Positions 1 to 11,400 of a DNA stretch of 64,000 nt are shown in pieces (the first letter of the stretch is position 1; each line of letters begins with the position of its first letter). The notes beneath the pieces are model-generated. The model was given only the letters and a program-made list of their open reading frames with translations, ran no database searches and was not told where the DNA came from. Source of the DNA: Verrucomicrobiota bacterium (lineage in GTDB: Bacteria > Verrucomicrobiota > Verrucomicrobiia > Limisphaerales > JBBRPK01); the NCBI GenBank assembly GCA_038228235.1, contig JBBRPK010000007.1, positions 5,813-69,812 of the forward strand, given 5' to 3'. Position numbers and translations under genes: made by a program.

Positions 1-1346
1 GCACGGTGTCGCTGATGCCGGAGGGATTGCACGCTGGGTTGTCGCGGCAGGAGTTCACCGACCTCATTGAGTATCTTATCACGCTCAAGCAGCCCGATTC
101 CGCGCTCACGAGCAATCGCGGCATGCCGGCAAACATTCCCGAGCTCGCCAAGCCCATCGAGGTGCGACCGTTCATCGCCGAGCAGATGCGCTTCCCACAT
201 GCATTTGTCCACAAGCCCGGCGACGTGCGCTTCGGACTCGTTTGGTTCGGGCAGCTTCCCGGCGAAACCAATAAATTCCTGGCCGCGCATCAAACCGGAA
301 GAATCTGGCTGCTCGAAAAGAACGGCACCAACGAGATGAAAACCCTGTTTGCGGATGTGTCCAAGGACATTTTCAATGAACGCGGGCCGAATGGTTTGTT
401 GGGGATGGCATTCCATCCAAAGTTTCGCGAGAACCACCGGTACTTTCTGAAGCATCAGGTCTTCGAAGAGGGCAAGATCGCCACGACTGTCGTCGAAAGG
501 CGGGCTGCCGCGAATCTACAACAAGATTCCGGCCAGCCTTCACGCCGTCTGTGGAAGGTGGTAAGCGCGACGCAGGATCATAGCGGCGGCTGCATCGCGT
601 TTGGCCCCGACGGCTTCCTCTACATCGCGATGGGCGACACCGGCCCGCAGCAAGACCCGCAAGGCCACGGCCAGGATTTGAGCACGCACCTCGGCAAAAT
701 CCTGCGCATCGACGTGGATCACACCGACGCCGGACTCGCTTACGCCATTCCCGCCGACAATCCGTTCCGCGACCGCGGCGATGCGCGCCCGGAAATCTGG
801 GCGTATGGCTTCCGCGAGCCGTGGCGGTTCAGCTTCGATCCGGTCACACGCGACCTGTGGGTGGGCGATGTCGGGCAGGATCGCGTGGAGGAGGCGGGCA
901 TCGTGCGACGCGGCGAGAACCATGGCTGGAATGTCTATGAAGGATTCGAGCCGTTTTCGAATCGCTACCGCAAGGATGGCGCGAGCTACACGCCGCCAGT
1001 CTTCGCTTACCGGCGCAAGTTTGGCAACTCGATCACGGGCGGTTATGTTTATCGTGGGGACCAGCGCTCGTCCTTCTACGGCGTTTACATCTGCGGCGAC
1101 TACACGTCGCACCGCATCTTTGGACTCAAGCAGCAGGATCGCGCGCTCCAAGTCGTCCGTCAAATCGGCGCCGCCCCGCAGGGCATTGCGTCGTTCGCGA
1201 CCGATGAGCGCGGAGAAATCTATCTCGTGGGCTACGAAGGAATGGTGTACCAGCTCGATTTTGCCGGGACAAATTTTGATGACGAGTTGAAGACCAGCGG
1301 AATACCCGTGTCAACTACCGCGCCGGGCCAGAGCGATCAAAAGTAG
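1..1346 (+). CDS. PQQ-dependent sugar (glucose/sorbosone) dehydrogenase-family beta-propeller protein, 5'-truncated by the window edge; preceded by the tail of a cytochrome c-like domain
   Basis: The reading frame is open to the left window edge. It carries family motifs 'GLLGMAFHP', 'HSGGCIAFGPDGFLYIAMGDTG', 'EIWAYGFREPWRFSFD' and 'NHGWNVYEG'. The first ~25 aa ('LMPEGLHAGLSRQEFTDLIEYLITLK') resemble the C-terminal end of a c-type cytochrome domain. Confidence 0.75.
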   Translation, partial: TVSLMPEGLHAGLSRQEFTDLIEYLITLKQPDSALTSNRGMPANIPELAKPIEVRPFIAEQMRFPHAFVHKPGDVRFGLVWFGQLPGETNKFLAAHQTGRIWLLEKNGTNEMKTLFADVSKDIFNERGPNGLLGMAFHPKFRENHRYFLKHQVFEEGKIATTVVERRAAANLQQDSGQPSRRLWKVVSATQDHSGGCIAFGPDGFLYIAMGDTGPQQDPQGHGQDLSTHLGKILRIDVDHTDAGLAYAIPADNPFRDRGDARPEIWAYGFREPWRFSFDPVTRDLWVGDVGQDRVEEAGIVRRGENHGWNVYEGFEPFSNRYRKDGASYTPPVFAYRRKFGNSITGGYVYRGDQRSSFYGVYICGDYTSHRIFGLKQQDRALQVVRQIGAAPQGIASFATDERGEIYLVGYEGMVYQLDFAGTNFDDELKTSGIPVSTTAPGQSDQK

Positions 1347-1364
1347 AACCGATGGAGCCAAAGC

Positions 1365-2411
1365 ATGAACAAACAACGAGCCATCATTGCCGTAGTGTTG
1401 ACCCTCGCAGCGCCCTCCCATGCGGGCGCGGCCGAAACCAAAGCGGGTGAAAATCCCGCCGATCATCTTCCGCCGCACATCACGCAAGTAACATGGTTCG
1501 GCGAACGCGCGGACTGGTCGCGCGACGGGAGAAGAATTTTATTCCTCACGAAAACTTTTGGGGACGCGATGGAACTGGATCTTGCCACCAGGCGCATTCG
1601 CAACCTGACCTCCCACTACCCACATCACGGCTACACGCGAGCGCTCTACCTGGCAAACGGCGACATCCTCCTGTCCGGTCCGGAGTCTTTTGAGCCGAAG
1701 CGCATCGGAGAGGCGCGTGCGCAATGCTGGCTTTACGTGCTGGACAAAAGCGGCAACCAACCCGTTACGCCGCTCGGCACCAAGTGCAGCGAAGGCCCCG
1801 CCGTCTCGCGCAAGCGGATGCACATCGCGTGGACACACGTCGCGGAGGAGTATCCCGAGGAGATGCCGGCGGGAGGTTCACGGATGCTGGAGGCTGATAT
1901 TGTCTTCGCCGATGGCAAGCCCAAGCTCGCGAACCAGAAACTCATCATCGGCAGCAAAGATCTGCCGTTCCGTTGCACGATGGAGACGCAGAATTTTCGT
2001 CCACCTGACGAGAAGGAACTCACCTTCAGCGCTTATGGCCATCAAGGCACCGACGTGTGCGGCATCGACCTTGTGACTAAGAAGGTCACGAACTACTCCG
2101 ACTCGCCCGGCCAATATGACGAGCCAGAAGGCATCTTTCCCGACGGCCAGTTTACGCTGGTCGAGTGCGACAAGCAAAACCTCAAAGGCTCGGGCTATGT
2201 GGACCTCTGGAAGCTCAAACTCGACGGCAGCGGCGCCTACGAGCGACTTACCTATTTCAGCGACTATCCGGGTTACAAGGCGTCGAATCCTGTCGTGAGC
2301 GATGACGGCAAATACTTTGCCTTCCAGATGGCGAGGTCGCGCGAAGCTGCCGGCATCGGCCACGGCATTTTTGTTTACGACATCGACAAGGCACAGAAGG
2401 CACAACCGTGA
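1365..2411 (+). CDS. secreted TolB-like (PD40/WD40-like) beta-propeller protein
   Basis: It has a signal peptide 'AIIAVVLTLAAPSHAGAAE' and PD40-like strands ('SRDGRRILFLTK', 'SDDGKYFAFQMARS'). An 18-nt gap to the upstream gene suggests co-transcription. Confidence 0.6.
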   Translation: MNKQRAIIAVVLTLAAPSHAGAAETKAGENPADHLPPHITQVTWFGERADWSRDGRRILFLTKTFGDAMELDLATRRIRNLTSHYPHHGYTRALYLANGDILLSGPESFEPKRIGEARAQCWLYVLDKSGNQPVTPLGTKCSEGPAVSRKRMHIAWTHVAEEYPEEMPAGGSRMLEADIVFADGKPKLANQKLIIGSKDLPFRCTMETQNFRPPDEKELTFSAYGHQGTDVCGIDLVTKKVTNYSDSPGQYDEPEGIFPDGQFTLVECDKQNLKGSGYVDLWKLKLDGSGAYERLTYFSDYPGYKASNPVVSDDGKYFAFQMARSREAAGIGHGIFVYDIDKAQKAQP

Positions 2412-2482
2412 AAACGAAGCGGCCTGCGGGATCTCACATGCCGGTCAGCCCGGACACTGAGTCGGTCGTCCTGATCGGAAGA

Positions 2483-2514
2483 GAGGGGGCGCGGTGTCGT
2501 GATCGCGCCCCCTC
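2483..2514. terminator. GC-rich hairpin between convergent genes (candidate bidirectional terminator)
   Basis: An 11-bp perfect stem, GAGGGGGCGCG (2483-2493) / CGCGCCCCCTC (2504-2514), encloses a 10-nt loop. It lies between the stop at 2411 (+) and the stop at 2542 (-). There is no clear U-tract. Confidence 0.45.
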
Positions 2515-2541
2515 CGATTGCACGGATTTGCTTACTTATCG

Positions 2542-5424
2542 CTATTGTTGGATGCGGTAGAATTTCATCAAGCCACCCGGCGGGTGGGGCAGGGGATATG
2601 TAAACGTCGTGCCCGGGACACAGGTCCAGGGCCCCGTCAAGCTTGGCGCGGATTGTAGCGCGCCGCCGCCATTCCAGAACAGGACCGGGTTGCCGCTGGT
2701 CTTGTCGATGGTCAGTCGCGGCAGTGGAGTAGTCACGGCCGTGTTTACTTCCATCTCGTCCAGATCCATGGTCCCATCCGATACTTTGAGGCGCAGACCG
2801 GTGGCGTCAATCGGTGAACCGGCGGCAGACACCGCGAACCGGTGACGCAACCAGGGGTGGAAATCGGGCGGGTTGGAATAGATGTATTGCACGGTTCCAA
2901 TCGTCTCCCAGCCGGTCCCCTTGTCCTCCGTCTCGGGTGTATTGGCGTCGGGCGTGAAGACGGTTGTGAATTGGAGGGTATAGGTCCCGATGTCTCGATC
3001 AAAGTAAGGAGTTGCCAGCGTGTCCCCGTTGTTGCGGCTCCAGGCAATGTTGGTGACGCTGATGCTGTCGATGAAGCTTACTCCAACAAAAGGTTCGGGA
3101 TCGGAAGTGCCTCCGATACCATTGGCCGAAATCCAACTGTGGGAGTTGCCATAAAATCCATCATTGATGTTCGTGGCCCGGTGGAAAGGGAAGTCCGGAG
3201 CCAGAATCGGCCCGAGTTCACTGCTGGCAAATGCGGTAGCCCCCTGGCTGGCAAGGGCCTGGTTGAGCGGAACGGCCGCTCCCGGCGCCGGGGTGAAGAA
3301 CTGGCCCTCGTTGCCGTCCCACGTGATAGTGTACGTCCCGACGGGTGTAATGGTAACCGGGCCAGGGTTTGGCGGCGCGGTGACCGCGGTGTTCACCTCG
3401 ATTTCGTCAAGGTCTGTCGTGCCATTCGCGACCTTGATGCGGATGCCCGTGGCGCTCAGCGGCGCGTTGCTTGAGACAATGTCAAAGCGATGCCGCAGAT
3501 AAGGCGTAAAGAAAGGGGGTGCCGCCTTACTTAAGGTGACTGAGCCGATGTCAGCCCAACCGGTCGTGGCGTCGCCGGTTTCCGGCGTGTTTGCGTCTGG
3601 GGCACTCACACTCGTGAATTGCAAACTGTAAGTGTCGAGCGCTCGGTCAGCGCAAGTGCCGCCGCAACCGAGATCGCCGGGCGTGGCATCCCCATTGTCC
3701 CTGCTCCAGGCGATGTTGGTGACCGTGACTGCTGAGCTGAAGCTTAAGCCGGCAAAGGGTTCCGGATCGGATGTGCCTCCGATGCCGTTAGCCGAAATCC
3801 AGCTATGGGAGTTGCCGTACAAACCGTCATTAAGGTTGGTCGCACGATGGTATGGCAAATTGAGTTGCGGCCCCAGTTCGCTGCTGGCGAAGGCCGTCGT
3901 GCCCTGGGTGGCCAGGGCGATGTTAGAGGGTGGGCCGGCACCGGGATTGGGGTTGTTAAACTGGCCGTCGTTCCCGTCCCAGGTGATGGCAAAGCTGGGG
4001 GCATTGGTGATCAGGACTGTATTTTGTTCGATACCCTGATTGGCGTTAACCTCAATTTCGTCGATGTCGATGTTGTTATTTGGCACCAGGATGCGGAGCC
4101 CTGTGGCCACGATGGGGCCTCCATTTTGAGTGAGATCAAAACGATGACGCAAATAGGACTCGAAATACTTCGGATCATTCAACTTGTAGTTGACGGTGCC
4201 AACTGTCACCCAACCGTGAGCGGCGCCAGGCCCGCACACCTCGACCACGCTGGAGGCGGGATTCGGCATCGTCGTGATTTGCAGTGTGTAAAGGCCCAGC
4301 GACCGGTCCGTAAAACCGCTCGTGTTGTCGCGGCTCCAGGCGATGTTCTCGATATGGATGGGCTTGCCGAAGTTTATCCCGATGAACGGCGCGGGGTCCG
4401 GATGAGCGGAGGCGAAATCTGGTATCCAACTGTGCGAGTTGCCATACAGGCCGTCGTTGACATTGGTGAACCGATGGAAGGGAACGCCGATCACAGGACC
4501 GAGCTGACTGCTGCCAAAGGCCACTGCGCCGCGATTGAGAGAGGCATCGTTCTCGGGGACAGATGCGCTGGCGCTGAAATTGCTTTGGTTGCGGTCCCAG
4601 ACAATGGAGAAACCGGCCGCGGACTGGATCTCGACGAAGTTGCTGATGGGCGGTAATGCGTCGGGAATTGGGTTCACTTCGATTTCGTCAATGTCGATGC
4701 TGCCGTCCGAGACCTTGATGCGGATGCCGGTGGCTGCGATCGCCGCGCCCCCCTGGGCCACGTCGAAGCGGTGCCGCAGATAGCTCGAGAAACTGGCGTC
4801 ATTGGCGCCTGCGAGGTAGGTGACTGAGCCAATGGTGTTCCAGCCGGTGGCCGGATCCCCCGTATCTGCCGTCGTGGCATCTGGCGAACTCACCGTGGTG
4901 TATTGGAGCGTATAGGCGCCACTCGCGCGATCAGTGAGGGTGCCGCCGCAGCAATCATCCGGAATGTTGCCGTTGTCACGGCTCCAGGCGATGCTTTTGA
5001 GCTGGACGTTGGCGAACGGGTCGAAAGCCAGGCCGCAAAACGGATCGGGATCGGAGGTCCCTCCCACGCCGTTGGCCGAAATCCAGCTTTTGGAATTGCC
5101 GTAAAGACCATCATTGAGATTCACCGCCCGGTGAAACGGAATGCCGAGAACCGGTCCCAAGTCGCTGCTCGTGAACGGCACGGTCCCATTGCTGGCCAGG
5201 GCGATGTTGTTAGAAGGACCGGCCCCGGACAGAGGGCTGCTAAACCCGCCGTCATTGCCATCCCAAGTGATGGTGAAGCCCGGCGCATTGGTGATGACCA
5301 CGCGCGGGCTTAGGGCTTGGGCAGAAGGCATGAGGAGCGGGCCCAGCGCGATGAGAAACAGCCACCGGGCGAGCGAATTGCCACCCGAGGCTTGCCGATA
5401 TGAAGAACTAATTTTCTGATTCAT
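2542..5424 (-). CDS. secreted protein made of four tandem ~200-aa discoidin (F5/8 type C)-like modules plus a C-terminal beta-sandwich tail ending 'KFYRIQQ'
   Basis: The ORF spans 2542..5484 (GTG), with ATGs at 5481 and 5424. I prefer 5424 because it gives a normal signal peptide ('MNQKISSSYRQASGGNSLARWLFLIALGPLLMPSAQA'). Each module carries 'ITWDGN.G.F', 'NDG(L/F)YGNS(H/K)SWI', 'IAWSR(D/N)N', 'YTLQ', 'LRHRF', 'ATG(I/L)R(I/L)KV' and 'D(I/L)DE(I/M)EVN'. The stop of the upstream giant gene overlaps the GTGATGA start cluster, so the two genes are co-transcribed. Confidence 0.8.
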   Translation of the reverse strand: MNQKISSSYRQASGGNSLARWLFLIALGPLLMPSAQALSPRVVITNAPGFTITWDGNDGGFSSPLSGAGPSNNIALASNGTVPFTSSDLGPVLGIPFHRAVNLNDGLYGNSKSWISANGVGGTSDPDPFCGLAFDPFANVQLKSIAWSRDNGNIPDDCCGGTLTDRASGAYTLQYTTVSSPDATTADTGDPATGWNTIGSVTYLAGANDASFSSYLRHRFDVAQGGAAIAATGIRIKVSDGSIDIDEIEVNPIPDALPPISNFVEIQSAAGFSIVWDRNQSNFSASASVPENDASLNRGAVAFGSSQLGPVIGVPFHRFTNVNDGLYGNSHSWIPDFASAHPDPAPFIGINFGKPIHIENIAWSRDNTSGFTDRSLGLYTLQITTMPNPASSVVEVCGPGAAHGWVTVGTVNYKLNDPKYFESYLRHRFDLTQNGGPIVATGLRILVPNNNIDIDEIEVNANQGIEQNTVLITNAPSFAITWDGNDGQFNNPNPGAGPPSNIALATQGTTAFASSELGPQLNLPYHRATNLNDGLYGNSHSWISANGIGGTSDPEPFAGLSFSSAVTVTNIAWSRDNGDATPGDLGCGGTCADRALDTYSLQFTSVSAPDANTPETGDATTGWADIGSVTLSKAAPPFFTPYLRHRFDIVSSNAPLSATGIRIKVANGTTDLDEIEVNTAVTAPPNPGPVTITPVGTYTITWDGNEGQFFTPAPGAAVPLNQALASQGATAFASSELGPILAPDFPFHRATNINDGFYGNSHSWISANGIGGTSDPEPFVGVSFIDSISVTNIAWSRNNGDTLATPYFDRDIGTYTLQFTTVFTPDANTPETEDKGTGWETIGTVQYIYSNPPDFHPWLRHRFAVSAAGSPIDATGLRLKVSDGTMDLDEMEVNTAVTTPLPRLTIDKTSGNPVLFWNGGGALQSAPSLTGPWTCVPGTTFTYPLPHPPGGLMKFYRIQQ
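2743..5304 (-). repeat. four tandem intragenic protein-coding repeats (about 2743-3360, 3391-4023, 4045-4638, 4672-5304)
   Basis: The motif series listed for CDS 2542..5424 recurs four times in the translated ORF. Boundaries were derived by counting residues (aa ~61-271, 283-480, 488-698, 709-914 of the 980-aa ORF). Confidence 0.85.
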
Positions 5425-5480
5425 ATTTTCTTTGTGTTTTGATGTTTGGTTTTTGGTTGTGCCGAAATTACGCGGGCTCA

Positions 5481-8400
5481 TCACGGTTGCTGTGGTGTGA
5501 CCAGCCGATAGAATCTCTGCCCCGCCGGCGCTGCCTGGGGTAGCAGCAGCTCGACCGTATGGCTTGTGATCCCCGGCGGCGCATCTGCCAGTTTGCTCCA
5601 GGGGCCGTTGCCGGGATCGGTTCGGTAAAGCACCGAGTAGCTGCGGCCAGCCGTGGCCAGAAAGCTCAGCCGCACGTTGAACGGTTCGTTGGTTGCGTCA
5701 AGATGCATTAAACTGTGTGGGTCATTTGGATCGGTGCCCGCAAGATACTCCTGCAGATCGGTATAACCGTCGCGGTCACTGTCAAAGTTGGCGTTGTCCA
5801 CATAAGGATTCAAACCGTTCGCCAATTCCCAAACATCCGGCATCCCGTCACCATCGGTATCCACGCCTCCACCCGTGGCCGAGGTCGTTATCGTGATGCT
5901 TCGTGTCCCAAGAATATTGCCCGCGCGGTCGCACGCGACGAAGGTGAACGGATTGGTACCGAGGAGCAGGGGCACGCGGGCCTGCCAATTGGTGACCGAG
6001 GACCATGCGACCGCCAAAAGGTCGGTGCTGCCCTGGAGTTTAAGCTGGCCGATGTCCAACCAACCAGTGCCGGTGATTGTGGCAGTAGCGCTGTTAGTCA
6101 AGAAGTCCTGCCCGTTATTACTGGTGATAGCGAAGGGCTGGGGGGCGGGCAGTTGAGCTAAGGCAAAGGCCTGGCGCGCCGCGATGTAAGAGGAGCCCCC
6201 GGCGTAGTTTTGCCCGACCACGCTGCCATAATGCGCCAGCCAGGGGGCCATATACGAAGGCGTAAAAACGCTCTGGCAAAGATCATAAACATGACCGAGG
6301 TAGAGCCGCCGGGTCGCCGGATTATTATTGAACTTGCTGAAGTTATAGGACGGCGCGGCGTAAATCGGGCTCGTCGCCGAAGCGGAGAAAACGAAATCCA
6401 TGTCCCAGGGCAGAAAGTGCGCCCGCCCGCCGTCCGAGGGTGTGAAAAGACGCAGGTTGTGCGCCAGGCCGCCGTTCGGGTTAAAATAAATATCGCCGAT
6501 GCCACACAAAACCGTCAGCGCGGCGATTCGCAGCGCTTCGTCCACATCCAATGCTGCGCCAATTTGGGCGTCAAATTGTGCTTGCGGCAGGCCGAAGGTC
6601 TGGCAAAGCCGCATGATTCCCGAGAAGTTGTCCTCTCGCGCGCCGTGCCGCATGTCAAAAGGCGAGCGGTATTGCTCCTTGTCATTGCCCAAATCAACAA
6701 AGTCCGTGCCGACTTGCGCCAGGTTGGGCACCGGCAGCTTGACCCCCTCATAGTTTCCATTCACCGTGACACTCGGTTCGTAGGTGATGTCATAGTTAAG
6801 CACCGCGCCGGGAACATTAAACTGGTCTTGCACGAACACTCCGCCGTAAGCCGCCATTTGGAGGATGGCTGTGCCGGTGTGCAGCGTCTTGGGCGTGATA
6901 AAATAGCAGAGGTCCGCATATTGGCAGACAATCCCCGCGTGATGAAACATCTGGAAAATGTAAATCTCATCCTGCCAGCGGACTGTGGGCGCGCGGCCCG
7001 ACCGATCGAGGTTGACCTCGGCTTGCACTCCTCGAAACAGGTGCGTGGGCGGGAACGCGACGGTGTAGCTGATGTAATCGTCCCCATCGCGCGCGCGCCC
7101 GGCTGCCGAACCGTGCAAGCGAACCCCGACATCGTAAAAGACTTCCGATCGGTCGTAGATCAGGGTTCCCCCCGCGAAACCCTGGCTCATGACGTTGGTC
7201 GCGTTGAGCACAAAATCCCGGTCCCGATCGAGTTGGATCAGCCGCAGTTCGTGCGCGGGCAGGCTAGCGCCCTGATTATCGGCCACTTGGTAGAGCGCGC
7301 TTGAGTCTGGCCCTTTGGCGGGAGCAAACGCTGCCGCCCCCAGGGTATCGCCGGCACTGATGTAAAACTGGACAATCGTCCCCGCACCGAGGGCCGGGAT
7401 GCTGGCTGCCCAGGTGCCATCCGGTTGCGCGCTCATGGCCAGGCTTGCGAAGTTTGTTCCGGGATTGATTCGGTAATTGAGTGCAGCCGAAGCCACTCCG
7501 TCCGGGTCGGTGGCGCGCACCGAGACCATGACCGCTTGGTTCGTTTGGGGGATGATGGGGGTGTGTTTCAGATCTGTGAAGGTCGGCCCTGCATTGGCTA
7601 GTCGCCGTGAGTTCATTGCCCCCGGGGTTCCGTGGCGCGGCGGGAGGGTGAGGATTGCTGTCCGGGAGAGCCGCTGCATATAGGCGCTGCTACCCACCTG
7701 CGGTGACCCTGCCAGCCAGCGTGCCCTGTAGCTCACCTCATATTCCTGCCCATCTACGGGAGCAATGTTACCGGCAAACGATGATTCGATGTGGTTGTGA
7801 CTGGTTCGGGGCGGGGCGGTTCCACAGACCAGCAGCACATGGTTCGCGGGATTGTCCGGGTCGGGGATGATGCGGCTGTTGCGGTGGTCCCCAAGCCAGC
7901 GCCAGTGGGCGCCCCCGCCCTCGAAGTCCCCGTTCTGGATCAACTGTTGCCGCACTCCGTCGGGGTCGCGAATGACGCTCACATCATCCACCAGCACTTC
8001 GCCCGCATCGAGCAGGCCCAGCCGAAACTCGTTCCAGAAGGTGTTGCCGAAGGTCTGGCCCGACGCCATGCGGTAGGTTATCGTCTGCCAGGCACTACGA
8101 CTGGTTTCATCGCTGTCCGCCCATGCGTCCGGAGTGTTGTTGTCCGCTCGCGGGTCGATCAGCTCGAGGCTGGAGCCTCCGCCGTCGCTCCAGCCGCTGG
8201 CGAACACTTGAATTGAGTTGGCTGGGTTGCCGAGCGCATCCATCAAGATGAGTGTATTCCCGGCGCCAATTTTGCCCGTGAAATTCCCAACGATGCCTGG
8301 ACCCACCTCCGGCCACTTAGCCCGGAGTGCCACCGCATCATTTGCCACCACCAGATAACCGCCCGCGGGTATAACCGTGGCCGCAGGAAAGGCGTACAAA

Positions 8401-11400
8401 ATACCGTTAGCGATCCTCCAGCCATTCAGGTCCACAGGATTCGCGCTGCGGTTATAGAGCTCAATCCACTCTTCGGTGGAGGCAGTGAATGGGGTGGCGG
8501 GCACCACGATGGTAGTGAGGACTAGTTCCGCGCCGAAAGCAACATCTCCGCTTGTGTCCGGCGGATTGACCTCCAATTCGTCGATGCAGGCGCCGGCGCT
8601 AGGGCCGCTATTCGGAACCACCAGTCGAAGGCCTGTCGCCGTGACGGCACTGAAAGTGTAGCGGTGGCGGAGGGAAGGACTGGTGAAGAAGCCGGTGCCG
8701 GTGCTGTGATAATTCAGAGTGCCCACGATGGCCCATCCCGTGTCCGCATTGCTGGTGACCTGCGTGGTCACATCGGGGGTGGTCACCCGGGTGTATTGCA
8801 GAGTGTAGAGCCCGAGAGTGCGATCCGAAAACTGACCCAGGTTGTCACGACCAAACGCGAAACTGCTGACGCTGTAGAGCCCCCCAAAGCGCACGCCGGC
8901 AAAAGCGGGGCTACCCGAGTTGCCGATCCAACTGTTGCTGTTCCCGTAGAGGCCATCCGTCAAATTCAGATAGCTATGAATCGGAGAACCAGCCAGGGAA
9001 TCGATGACAAAGGGCGCCGCGCCCGGCTGCCGCGCCAGGTTCATTGGCGCGCTGGCCAACACCGGCCCCTCCTCCACGAGCCGCAGTCCGCCTCCGCTGA
9101 GCGTCAGGCCTGTGGAGGCGACGGAGCCGAGAAACTGGTGGACTTCAACGGCCAGGATATTCAGTCCCTGAACAAGGTTGCTTCCGGCCAGCGGGACCGG
9201 ACCGATAAAGCTCGCGTTTCCGACCGGCGCCAAGGCGGACGTCCCATACGTGACGGGTCCGGCGGGCATGTTGAGCCGATAAACCTCCACGCCGTTGAGA
9301 TAGAAAATCGCCCCATCATCAACGACGCTCCGGAGATTCAGCCCTACATTGCTCGTGGCTCCGCTGAAATTGAACGCAGTTCTAAAATAATAAGTGCTCC
9401 GACCAGGGGCCAGATGAGTGTTAGCAGTTGCCGGAAGCGCGCTGTTACTAACATACAGTAATGCGGAACCAATCAGCCAGGCGCTATCGTCATACCCGGA
9501 CGCGCGCCACCCAGCGCCGAGGTTCGTGCCCGTATCGTTGAACCGCCATAGCCCATCGATGGGCAGGAGGGTGGAGTTGCTGGTCACCGCGGGCACGGGA
9601 TCAAAAGGCCGGTAGTGGTACATTATTTCGTTAAATACGATTTCGTTGTGGGGCACGAAGATGTTCGACCCGCCGGGCGTCGCCAGCGCCGGCATTATCC
9701 AGTCACCAGTTCCGTCCGGGTGCCGCCCCTGTGGGCTGCTCTGGACAGTGACGGCGTCCAGGAGGAGAAATCCATCGCGCGAATAGAGGAAAAGCTTGTT
9801 TCCATTCCCAACCCCAAAACCCAATTGGGCCTGTGAAAGCGACAGAATGCCGCCGGGGGCGAGTGTGTGCGCAGGAAATATATACCGGGGGGAGCCTTGA
9901 GCGGTTCGACTGATCTGAATCCCTTCCAGTTCAGCGGGTTGATCCCCGTGGTTGATCACCTCAAGCCAAAACGCGTTACTACTTGCCGGAGAGAGCTCGT
10001 TGAAGGTGAGATGGGGCGGCGCTGGCAGGATGTCTGATGCAGTCAATTCCAGGCCGAAAGCGGCATGAACGTTCGGCAGGGAGGGAGTATTAACCTCAAT
10101 TTCATCGAGCGTATTCGTCGTGGCCAGTCGAAGGCGGATGCCGGTGGCCAGGATGGGATTTCCATTGGTCGGGGTGAAATCGAACCGATGCCGCAAGCTG
10201 GGAGTAAAGCCTGGCTGAGCGCTCAAATATTGAATAGTAGCGATGGTGGTCCAGCCGTTGGAGGGATTGCTGGAATTGACGGCGACGGTCGCCGGATCTG
10301 CTGCCAGCGTGTATTGGAAAGTGTAGTTGCCGAGCGAACGGTCCGCGCAAGTGCCCCCGCAAGCCGGCTCGTTGGTATTTCCGTTGTCACGGCTCCAGGC
10401 GATGCTGGAGCAAGCGATCGTCTGGTTGAAGCGCAGAATGATGAAGGGGCTGGCATCGGTTGCCGCGGGACTCCAGGAGCTGGTGCTGCCATAGCGCCCA
10501 TCGTTGAGGTTCGCCGCCAGGTTGGTATTGCTGCTCGTGATTACGTCCACCCCTCGCGACGCCAGGGCGGCGTTCGTTGGGGCCGGCGCCGGATTGCCGA
10601 CAGCGAAAAAGTCGCCATCTTTCCCATCCCACGTCACGTTGTAGCCTGAGGCGCGGTTCACGCGCAATCCGGCGTTGGTTGTGCCTGTGGAGATGTGGAG
10701 TTCGACGGCCAGCACGTTCGTCCCCTGCACCAGATTGCTTGAGGCAATGCTGAAGGGGCCGCTCCAGTTGGCATTCAGCGTGGCGCTGGCGGCCATGGTC
10801 GAGTAATTGACCGCGCCCGCCGGCAAGTTCAGCCGATAAATTTCGGTCCCATTCAGATAGACGACGGCTCCATCTTGAATGATGGGCCGAAAGCTAAACA
10901 ACTGCTTCATCGGATCGTTATCCATCAGGAAAGCGCGTCGAAAATAATAGGTGGTGCGTCCAGGAGTGAGGGGCGTGTTCTTCGAGACCGGGGTATCACC
11001 ACTCCCGGCGTAAAACAAGGCCGGGCCGGAGGCCCAGGTGCTGTCATCGAAAGCGGGACCGCGCCAGCCCGTGCCCAGGTCTGTGCCAGATTCTTCGTAA
11101 CTCCAGGTGTCAGTAATGCCCAGGATTCCGTGGCTGGGGGCTGTCAGCGGCGTGGAACTGAAATTCGCTGCTCCGGGGGTTCCCCCAATCTGCAGGCCGG
11201 CAGTCCAATTCTGGGGCGGCTTGCTGGCGAGATTCACATTCCTCTTCACCAGCGACACTCCGCCCCCGTCCGGCCCCACTGGCCAATCACCGCTGACCCC
11301 GTAGGTGACTGTGTCCATCAGGCGATTGTTATTATCGCGAAGTTCGAGTTTCTCGCCGCTATTGGAGAGCCTGCCGGAGAAGGGTCCAAAGACGTTCGTC